Assembly: GCA_946415045.1 (NCBI GenBank)
Contig: CAMKRB010000001.1
Coordinates: forward strand, 1-38,967
Reading direction: 5' to 3'
Source: an uncultured Myxococcales bacterium
GTDB lineage: Bacteria > Myxococcota_A > Bradymonadia > UBA4248
Length of the DNA stretch: 38,967 nucleotides
Part shown: one piece after another, positions 8,721 through 15,904 of the stretch
Layout: the number at the start of each line of letters is the position of its first letter
Numbering within the stretch: the first letter of the stretch is position 1
Position numbers and translations under genes: made by a program
Notes under the pieces: generated by a model
What the model was told of the DNA's origin: nothing
The model's input: the letters and a program-made list of their open reading frames with translations, nothing else
The model's database searches: none

Positions 8721-10148
8721 TTAAAAATCGGTCCACAGCGACTGATTGGTCACTTCGTGGTGGAATACGATTTCGCCGCGTTTGATGCGGGTGCCAAGGT
8801 CTTTGGGTGAACGATTGGCCACCATCTTTTTGAGCATCGCAAATTTGGCATGATTTTCCGGACCGAGGATGGTTTTCATGACATCGGATTGTTCGAAATC
8901 GGCGATGGCATCATAGATGTTGCTCGGCAGTTTGTGGTCTTCGCGGTTGCGTTCGTCGGGGCGAATGGCGGGATAGTCGTCGAGAGCCAGATGCAGCAGG
9001 GTATAGGTGAGCAGATAGGGATTGGCGTCGGGCCCAACGCTGCGCAGCTCGAAGCGCGATGTCTTTTCGTTGCCTTTGGGCAGGCGGATAATCGCTGTGC
9101 GGTCGTTGGTGGATACCCGAATGGTATTGGGCGCTTCGAAATTGGGATCGAGGCGGCGATAAGCATTGACCGAACTGTTGGCAACCAGACAGAAATCACG
9201 CGCGTGATACAGAATCTTATCGACGCATTTCCAGCCAAATTCCGACAGATGACCTGCGCCGCTTGAATTGAACATCAGGTTGCGCCCGTTGTGTGAAATC
9301 GACATGTTTGCATGCATGCCCGAGCCGTTGACCTTCATCATGGGTTTGGGCAAAAACGACGCTGTCATGCCGTTGATGCTGGCAATCTGGCGGGCGAGCA
9401 GCTTGTAGATCTGAACCTCATCACAGGCGGTGAGCGCTTCTGCACAGCGGAAATTCAGCTCGAACTGCGACGGCGCGACCTCTGGATGGTCTTTTTCATT
9501 CTCGAAACCCAATGCTCGCTGGGCCTCGGCAAAATGGTCGATGAAGAGTTTCAGCGGTGTATTGGGAAGCGTATGAAAATACCCGCCATCCGAAACGTAA
9601 TCAAACCCATGATCGGCCTGGAAATTCTGCTCGGCATCGATGCCTTTGAACAAAAATCCCTCGACCTCAAACGCAATCTTCGACTCATAACCGCTCTTGA
9701 AAAGCTCGGTATTGTATCGTTTGAGCAGACCACGGATATCACCGGAATACGGCTGATTGTTCACATCGCGAATCAGCCCGAAAACCATCACTTTGCCTGG
9801 TCCGAAAATGTCGCTGGGCAGCCACCGGAACGAACCCCAGTCAATTTCCAGGCACAAATCCGATTCGCGCTGACCCGAAAAACCGTGAATCGATGATCCG
9901 TCAAAAGTGAGCGCATCATAGGACTGCTCAAGGTATTTCTTGTCGTAGTCGAGCATGTGGAAGCGCCCCTCAAGGTCTGAAAAACACACGGTCACTGCCT
10001 TGAGTTGCTTTTCGTCATGCAGATAGCGCAGATATTTCTCCCTAAGCGTATCATCCGATACGTGATTCTGCACATCTTCCTTGGCCTCAAGATTGAGCGC
10101 TTCAAGCTCTTCGTAGGGTATTTCTTTGAAATTTCGAATTTTTAACAT
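8721..10148 (-). CDS. glnA: Glutamine synthetase (type I-like glutamate-ammonia ligase)
   Basis: The ORF was trimmed to the ATG at 10148 (MLKIRNF...), giving 475 aa. It has the KPMMKVNGSGMHANMS nucleotide/metal motif and a GS-like N-terminal beta-grasp (VTVCFSDLEGRFH). The 93 upstream codons of the raw ORF run through the intergenic repeat region and look non-coding. Confidence 0.9.
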   Translation of the reverse strand: MLKIRNFKEIPYEELEALNLEAKEDVQNHVSDDTLREKYLRYLHDEKQLKAVTVCFSDLEGRFHMLDYDKKYLEQSYDALTFDGSSIHGFSGQRESDLCLEIDWGSFRWLPSDIFGPGKVMVFGLIRDVNNQPYSGDIRGLLKRYNTELFKSGYESKIAFEVEGFLFKGIDAEQNFQADHGFDYVSDGGYFHTLPNTPLKLFIDHFAEAQRALGFENEKDHPEVAPSQFELNFRCAEALTACDEVQIYKLLARQIASINGMTASFLPKPMMKVNGSGMHANMSISHNGRNLMFNSSGAGHLSEFGWKCVDKILYHARDFCLVANSSVNAYRRLDPNFEAPNTIRVSTNDRTAIIRLPKGNEKTSRFELRSVGPDANPYLLTYTLLHLALDDYPAIRPDERNREDHKLPSNIYDAIADFEQSDVMKTILGPENHAKFAMLKKMVANRSPKDLGTRIKRGEIVFHHEVTNQSLWTDF

Positions 10149-10316
10149 ATTTTTTCCACTTGCACGGAATGTTCTGCCAACACTTGGCAGCTTGCAACAT
10201 TTTACACCTACATATCCCCCACTGTCATTAAGTTTTTGATGCGTCGGCATCATTGATGCTGAATCATCTGCGATGTGTGAGGAAACCGTTTGTGGTGGAT
10301 TTTGTGCAGGGTCGGC

Positions 10317-10425
10317 TATGGGCTGGCTGCGCCCGCCCATACGCCTTCCCGGCTCGCCTATGTGCTCGCCCGCGATGTGCCGCGTTTCACGCGACGCATC
10401 ACGGGCTGCGCGCATACGGCTCGCC
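10317..10425. repeat. Two REP-like TAT...ATA palindromic units in the glnA/lipoprotein divergent region
   Basis: Unit 1 (10317-10341) is TATGGGCTGGC-tgc-GCCCGCCCATA. Unit 2 (10359-10416) is TATGTGCTCGCCCGC...GGGCTGCGCGCATA with a nested hairpin. It is bracketed by the 9-nt direct repeat CGGCTCGCC at 10350-10358 and 10417-10425. Two 16-mers of unit 2 recur at 34009-34024 and 34032-34047. Confidence 0.7.
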
Positions 10426-10508
10426 AAAAGATTTCCGCAGTTCGCTTTGACTATGCACCAAAAAAATGGAAAAATGCAGTCCGTTGGTTTGTAACCTGGA
10501 GGTTTGCA

Positions 10509-12686
10509 ATGAAGCGAATTGGATTACTCTTGATTTTGGCGGGATTGCTTGCTGGATGTGATGAATCCAGCACACTTGAACTGATTCATAAGCCATCGAC
10601 GGGAAACAACGAGGACAACAAAACCGAGAAAATTCCCGCACCTGCAGTGATTTCGGAAAAATGCGATGGTGATGGAATCGCCTGCGACGGTGATATTCTG
10701 GTCAAATGCGTTTCGGAACAATGGACGATATCGCCGCAATCGAGATGTTCTCAGGAATCTGTGAACCTGTGTTCAGACAACACATTGATAAAAACCGCAT
10801 GCAAACACTGCCGGTTTGTGAATGGTGCGGCTCGCTGCATGGATTGTTCAGAGGGCAGTGAATGTGATTCGGGGGTATGTGAAGCCGGTGAATGCAAGAC
10901 GCAGACGGTGACGCCGTGCACAAACAGTTGCGTTCAGGGGGACAAGAAATGCGAGAACGGCAAATCCGTGATTTGCAAAGACAGCGATGGCGATGGCTGT
11001 CTGAACTGGGCAGACCCCGTGGATTGTCCGCAGGATACCGTATGCAAAGCCGGGGTTTGTGAATCCAGTTCGCAGCCAGCGACATGCACCGATGAATGCA
11101 GCGAACAAGGCGCTTTGCGCTGTTCGGACAACGGTTATCAGTCGTGCGGCAATACCGACGACGATTCGTGTCTTGAGTGGTCTGAGACGGTTCCATGCCA
11201 ACCGAATGAAACCTGTAACGGCGGGCATTGTGAATCGACCGGTCCGATCTGCACCAATAAATGCAATACCGGAGACAAGCAGTGTTCCGGAACTGCAGGG
11301 TATCAGATCTGCGAACTGAAAAGCGATGGATGCTATGACTGGTCGGAGGTGACGGCTTGCGGAACAGGCAAAGAATGCAAGAGTGGTTCATGCGAAAACA
11401 TCGCGGTGAATGCGCCGGTGCGTTATCTTGCTGATCGCATTCATTCGCCGATCACGCCCTATGTCGTATCGAAAATGCAGGAAATCAGTGCGAAAAATAC
11501 AGGTCGTGTCAGCAACCGGTTTATGAAAATCGGAGATTCACACATGGCGTTTGAGTCGGCATTTGTGAAGTGTTTTTCGACCGATTCAACGGTCAATCTC
11601 GATAGTCACACCGATATTTCGGCGGCAGTCAGCAGCTTCAAGAACGGATTTGACTGTTACGGCCGTAATTCTGCAACCACCAAGATTGGTGCGAACGCCA
11701 GCTATCCGTATGAATCGTATAATGGCAGCACGCGTCTGAAATCCGAGATATCCGATACCAATCCGCGGTTTGCCTTTTTTGGTTACGGCACCAATGATAT
11801 GGGGTTTTATGGATATAACAAAAAGAAAAGCGGCAACAATGCGGGTTATAGTGCCTCGATGCAGCTCTATTACCGCAATGTGCTCAAGAATGCGCGAGAC
11901 CTGATGAACAATGGCATTATTCCATTGTTTATTGGTGTGGGTGTGCGCACCGATTCGCCTTCGGTGAATTCGCCCGACGGGAAGCCTGGTTATTACGTCA
12001 CCACATTTAATGCGATTCAGCGCGGTGTTGCCGAAGCCTATCAGTTCCCATACATGAATCTTCAGAAAGTGCTTTTGGCGATTGGCAGTGCACATGGCTA
12101 TGGTTTGGCCGGAGACGGCATTCATACATCGAGCGGCGGCGGTTCGGCATGTACATTTACTTCATCGGCGCTCAGCCAGTATGGCATGAACAACCGAAAT
12201 CTGTATTCTATGGAAATGCTCAACCGTGCATGGGGTGCATTGTATAATGGCGGCCCTGTTCCCGATGCGTCGTCCGAAACATTCAAGGGCAGCGGCAGTC
12301 CGACAGATCCCTGGGAAATCACGAGCTTGCCGTTTACACATTCGGCAAATACAAAGAACAGTCCGCACAGTATTCTGTCGAACTATAGTTGTGGCAATGC
12401 AAACGAAGGCGGTCCTGAATATTATTACAAAATGGTTTTGACGGCACCAACCAAGATTCGTGCATTTGTCGTGAGTGATACCGGAGCAGATCTCGATATT
12501 CATATCAAAACATCGGCGTCGGACAGCAACTGTCTGGATCGCGATGATATCTGGTTTGAAAAGACGCTGGATGCCGGCACCTACTATTTTGTCATCGATA
12601 CTTTTGTAGATGGCGGGACGGCACAAAAAGGCGAGTATCTTTTTGGAGTGCATGCATGTGATGCGGATGATCCCTATTGCGGATAG
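10509..12686 (+). CDS. Secreted lipoprotein: Cys-rich tandem repeats, SGNH/GDSL hydrolase domain and a PPC-like C-terminal domain
   Basis: The ORF was trimmed to the ATG at 10509, which is preceded by GGAGG. The lipobox is LLAGC. Three repeats of about 52 aa have the form C-x3-C...C...DGDGC/DDDSC-x-W...C...G-x-C. SGNH blocks are present: KIGDSHM (I), GYGTNDMG (III) and GDGIH (V). The C-terminal beta-rich region (DAGTYYFVID) resembles a pre-peptidase C-terminal domain. Confidence 0.8.
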   Translation: MKRIGLLLILAGLLAGCDESSTLELIHKPSTGNNEDNKTEKIPAPAVISEKCDGDGIACDGDILVKCVSEQWTISPQSRCSQESVNLCSDNTLIKTACKHCRFVNGAARCMDCSEGSECDSGVCEAGECKTQTVTPCTNSCVQGDKKCENGKSVICKDSDGDGCLNWADPVDCPQDTVCKAGVCESSSQPATCTDECSEQGALRCSDNGYQSCGNTDDDSCLEWSETVPCQPNETCNGGHCESTGPICTNKCNTGDKQCSGTAGYQICELKSDGCYDWSEVTACGTGKECKSGSCENIAVNAPVRYLADRIHSPITPYVVSKMQEISAKNTGRVSNRFMKIGDSHMAFESAFVKCFSTDSTVNLDSHTDISAAVSSFKNGFDCYGRNSATTKIGANASYPYESYNGSTRLKSEISDTNPRFAFFGYGTNDMGFYGYNKKKSGNNAGYSASMQLYYRNVLKNARDLMNNGIIPLFIGVGVRTDSPSVNSPDGKPGYYVTTFNAIQRGVAEAYQFPYMNLQKVLLAIGSAHGYGLAGDGIHTSSGGGSACTFTSSALSQYGMNNRNLYSMEMLNRAWGALYNGGPVPDASSETFKGSGSPTDPWEITSLPFTHSANTKNSPHSILSNYSCGNANEGGPEYYYKMVLTAPTKIRAFVVSDTGADLDIHIKTSASDSNCLDRDDIWFEKTLDAGTYYFVIDTFVDGGTAQKGEYLFGVHACDADDPYCG

Positions 12687-12718
12687 TATCTTTTGGTTTT
12701 CTGAATCATAATATAAGC

Positions 12719-12818
12719 GTTCGCAGGCCGTATTGCCGCAGGCAATAGGCCGAAGCGCAGGCGTAACAAAGAAGCGGGGCGTGCGATGCACGTCCCGCTT
12801 CTTTGTTAGCCTGCGAAC
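12719..12818. terminator. Nested palindromic structure between convergent genes (probable bidirectional terminator or REP cluster)
   Basis: The outer 10-bp inverted repeat is GTTCGCAGGC (12719-12728) with GCCTGCGAAC (12809-12818). The REP unit TATTGCCGCAGGCAATA (12731-12747) is flanked by GGCCG on both sides. A 20-bp stem with one mismatch and a 3-nt loop spans 12765-12807. There is no clear U-tract. Confidence 0.55.
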
Positions 12819-12833
12819 ACACAAAAACCGCAA

Positions 12834-14519
12834 CTAATCGTCTTCTGCAATGACGATACAATTCACGAGCTGTGGATCGGGCAAATCCTCGGTTTCCGGC
12901 CAGTTTTCGTTGACAAGCGCCTGCAGCTGTGATGCGAAGCGTCTGAGTGCAATTTCGCTTGATTCGGGAATGTTCGATTTGAACAATGGCCGGATTTCGC
13001 TGAATTGTATGGCTTTTAATACATCTGCACGATGCGGAAGCGATTTGGTTGTAAATACATTCCAGGCGTCGTCGGCTTTGAGATATTTACGTGTTAAAAA
13101 GGTTACAGCGACATTATCGAAGTTGATATTTTCGACGCCCTGAATGACATCGTGTGTATAAGCCAGCAGTGAGATGTCGTCTTTTGTTTTATGCAATCCC
13201 TCGCCATAGAAGAGTTCGCGGGTGGCGACATCGGCAATGACTGCAGCACCTTCGCGGATATCGTCGGCGGAGATGAATGGCGTGAGCGTGGATTCGGCGG
13301 GTCTTGGCCGTTCCTGCAGCATACCGGCGATGGCGTCGCGCTGCGCATTGGTGAGCAGGCTGGTCTGGGAGTCTTCGATAATCGACAGATGACCGCGGGA
13401 AACGAGCAACTTCGCTTTATGCTGCAATTCAAGCGTGACGTTGTAACCGAGCGTGCAAAGGCGATGAAGCGGCACATGATGGAGAATTTGAATGGCCAAA
13501 GCGTCATCGCGTCCGGAGGCATACTCAAGACCGAGGTTAATGTTGGCCACGGCGAGGATCATGCTGTCGTCGAATCCTTCGGTCTCGTGGGGCTGGAAAC
13601 CGTCGAATGTGGCGATTTGCTGTGCGACGGCATAGAGCTGCACGCGGATCTGGTCGAGATTTGCGACGTGTTGCAGCATAGATTCGAAGTAGCATCCAGC
13701 GGTTTTGGATTCGTCGAGACGTGCTATTGCGGTATCGAGATGGGCGCTGGAAGGGTAGGGTTTGACGTAGAGATCTGCGTCGGTGAAATGACGGATTTCA
13801 TCGACTTCGCGGGAAACCGAGACTTTGGCAAAGATGGCGGCCGCTTCATCGCGGGGCATATAGCCGTATTCACGGATGCGTTCGGTGCGGAATCGATAGG
13901 CATTTTCTTCGAGATCGCTTTCCATTTCCCAGTGCATGCTTTCAAGGGTAGACCAGGCTTGTTCGACGCCGAGCACCGCATAAAGCCGGTCGATGAGCTG
14001 TCTCAGCAACTCGGCCTTGTCGGGATCTTCGGGATAGGCAACCCAGTAGCTGAAATCGGGGGTCTGGGCGACATTCTGGCCGGCATCTTCGGGGATATCG
14101 ACTTCATCATCCTTGTTTTCCGAGACATAGAGCTGCACATTGCGGTGCAGATACAGCGCCATAATTTCGGGATCGAGTTCGCGCCAGAATTCGGCAAATT
14201 TTTCGTCGGGCAGGGCGAGCATTTGTTCGACCCATGGGGCGATCTGGTCATCCTGCATCTGGTCGCCGCGCCAGATGTCGAGATCCAGACAGTTTTGAAC
14301 CTGTTCGGACGAAGCATAGGCCATGAGCACACCGGCATCACCTGGTCCAACGGCGTGATAGAGATCGTAGAAAGCCATTGGGGAGAGCGCCTGAACTGCA
14401 GCAGAAGTATCTTTGGCATCGAGCAGCGCTTCCATTTCTTTTTTTGGCTGGATGGCACGCGACTGCGCATCCGCGATGTGAAACAGTGCACTAAAAGACT
14501 GGTCGCCGGATTTAGGCAT
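12834..14519 (-). CDS. Conserved-looking hypothetical protein, acidic and helical (family not recognised with confidence)
   Basis: 561-aa ORF with natural amino-acid composition. The ATG at 14519 overlaps the cmk stop by 8 nt (ATGCCTAA). The 455-aa antisense ORF looks like an artefact. Confidence 0.7.
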   Translation of the reverse strand: MPKSGDQSFSALFHIADAQSRAIQPKKEMEALLDAKDTSAAVQALSPMAFYDLYHAVGPGDAGVLMAYASSEQVQNCLDLDIWRGDQMQDDQIAPWVEQMLALPDEKFAEFWRELDPEIMALYLHRNVQLYVSENKDDEVDIPEDAGQNVAQTPDFSYWVAYPEDPDKAELLRQLIDRLYAVLGVEQAWSTLESMHWEMESDLEENAYRFRTERIREYGYMPRDEAAAIFAKVSVSREVDEIRHFTDADLYVKPYPSSAHLDTAIARLDESKTAGCYFESMLQHVANLDQIRVQLYAVAQQIATFDGFQPHETEGFDDSMILAVANINLGLEYASGRDDALAIQILHHVPLHRLCTLGYNVTLELQHKAKLLVSRGHLSIIEDSQTSLLTNAQRDAIAGMLQERPRPAESTLTPFISADDIREGAAVIADVATRELFYGEGLHKTKDDISLLAYTHDVIQGVENINFDNVAVTFLTRKYLKADDAWNVFTTKSLPHRADVLKAIQFSEIRPLFKSNIPESSEIALRRFASQLQALVNENWPETEDLPDPQLVNCIVIAEDD

Positions 14520-15186
14520 GGCTGGACTCCAGGACTTTTTTCTGAATCAGGTCGATAAGCGCCTGACAGGATTGTTCGAAATCGAGGTTTGATGTGTCGA
14601 GCACGATCGCATCTTCGCACTGGATGAGCGGGGATTCTTTGCGCGTGAATTCGGTTTCATCGCGTTCTTTGATCTGTCGGACGACCTCATCGAAATTGAA
14701 TTTTTCGCCTTTGGCTTCGAATTCCTTCATGCGGCGCATTGCGCGGGCCTCGGCTGTTGCTGTGTAATAGACCTTGAGATCGGCGTCGGGAAAGACGACA
14801 GAACCGATATCGCGTCCTTCGACGATGACGTTGGCCGCATGGCCCAGACGGCGCTGAATGCCGAGCAGCTCACGGCGAACCTCGGCCATTGGCGCAATAC
14901 GGTTCACGCACTGGGTCGTTTCGAATGTGCGGATTTCTGTCGAAACATCGCGATCACCAATGAAGACTTTTTGGCCGGATTTTGAAGCGACAAAGCGGAT
15001 ATCCAGATTCTGTGCGATTTTTCCACATTCAACGGGGTTGTCGGCGACGCCCTTTTCCATCGCGATAAGCGCGACACAACGATAGATGGCACCTGTATCC
15101 AACAGGCTCCAGTTCAGGCGTTTCGCCGATTCGCGGCAAACTGTACTTTTTCCGGCCCCACTGGGGCCATCCACTGCGATAATCAT
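14512..15186 (-). CDS. cmk: Cytidylate kinase
   Basis: The ORF was trimmed to the ATG at 15186, which is preceded by GAGGAGAG. The P-loop is VDGPSGAGKST, followed by LLDTGAIYR. These and the roughly 224-aa length are typical of Cmk. Confidence 0.88.
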   Translation of the reverse strand: MIIAVDGPSGAGKSTVCRESAKRLNWSLLDTGAIYRCVALIAMEKGVADNPVECGKIAQNLDIRFVASKSGQKVFIGDRDVSTEIRTFETTQCVNRIAPMAEVRRELLGIQRRLGHAANVIVEGRDIGSVVFPDADLKVYYTATAEARAMRRMKEFEAKGEKFNFDEVVRQIKERDETEFTRKESPLIQCEDAIVLDTSNLDFEQSCQALIDLIQKKVLESSHA

Positions 15187-15247
15187 ATCGTTCTCTCCTC
15201 TCATGGCCTGTAAAACAGCCAAATCTCCAGTGCGATCCATACCACCG

Positions 15248-15293
15248 CAATCATCGCATTTTCAATATATATATTGACATTGAGCGATGATTG
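15248..15293. promoter_or_regulatory. Nested palindrome overlapping a TTGACA-N17-TTTAAG promoter-like element in the cmk/copA divergent region
   Basis: A perfect 10-bp inverted repeat, CAATCATCGC (15248-15257) with GCGATGATTG (15284-15293), encloses a perfect 16-nt palindrome TCAATATATATATTGA (15262-15277). TTGACA lies at 15274-15279. Confidence 0.4.
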
Positions 15294-15335
15294 AATTTTA
15301 AGGACGCGGGGGAATGAGGATTTTCAGGAGAAACC

Positions 15336-15902
15336 ATGTCACTGATCACCAGAAAATACCGCCTGAATACGAATCCGCTCTGGCATCCGGACATCAAACA
15401 GCCCGAAGTCACAGTGACCTGTACCAAGAATTTCGACGATCTCGAGTTTGTTTTTATGGTGGCTGAGCCTGAGGAATGCTTCAGACTGGCGTGCCGGAAT
15501 GACGGGGATCCATGCTGGCAGGATTCATGTGTTGAGGTTTTTATCCATTCGCCATCTCTCGGAGGCTATTTCAATTTCGAGACGAATGCTGCCGGAAAAA
15601 CGCTGGCAGAATTCGGAACTGGCCGACACAATCGCGTTCAGTTCCAGCCAGCAGAATACCATTCGCTGCATCGCAACATACTGATGCCGGTGTCTCAGCG
15701 TCCCGACGGGATGATGCAATGGGCCGTTCAAATCCGCGTTTCACTTGAGAAACTGCACCTGTCGCCAATCGAACCCGTTGTCGGTAATTTGTATAAATGT
15801 GGATCGGCTGCACAGATTCCTTCGTATTTATGCGCATTTCGCGTTGACACCCCTGCCCCCGATTTTCACAGACCCGAGTTTTTCAGGAATTTATTTTTGT
15901 AA
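15336..15902 (+). CDS. Small cytoplasmic protein resembling carbohydrate-binding family 9 / DOMON-like proteins
   Basis: 188 aa with an AGGAG RBS and no signal peptide. The product call rests only on remembered similarity (motif [10 protein letters not shown]...YFNFE.N). Its stop lies 2 nt before the copA ATG. Confidence 0.55.
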   Translation: MSLITRKYRLNTNPLWHPDIKQPEVTVTCTKNFDDLEFVFMVAEPEECFRLACRNDGDPCWQDSCVEVFIHSPSLGGYFNFETNAAGKTLAEFGTGRHNRVQFQPAEYHSLHRNILMPVSQRPDGMMQWAVQIRVSLEKLHLSPIEPVVGNLYKCGSAAQIPSYLCAFRVDTPAPDFHRPEFFRNLFL

Positions 15903-15904
15903 AA

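Noticed and set aside
10184-10198. TTGGCAGCTTGCAAC upstream of glnA, which resembles sigma54 -24/-12 elements.
   Set aside because: The GG to GC spacing is about 6 nt instead of 10, and the orientation (plus strand) is wrong for glnA. The minus-strand TGGCAG...TGCAA alternative has a 13-nt spacing.
10149-10508. N-terminal extensions of the raw ORFs 8721-10427 (glnA) and 10290-12686 (lipoprotein).
   Set aside because: Both extensions run through the palindromic repeat region and encode Arg/Ala/Pro-rich junk. Internal ATGs at 10148 and 10509 give canonical N-termini: the GS beta-grasp for glnA, and a signal peptide with lipobox preceded by GGAGG for the lipoprotein.
13191-14558. A 455-aa plus-strand ORF.
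   Set aside because: It is antisense to the 561-aa gene, which has natural composition and an 8-nt coupled overlap with cmk. The plus-strand translation is the Gly/Asp/Glu/Phe-rich junk typical of the reverse frame of a GC-rich gene.
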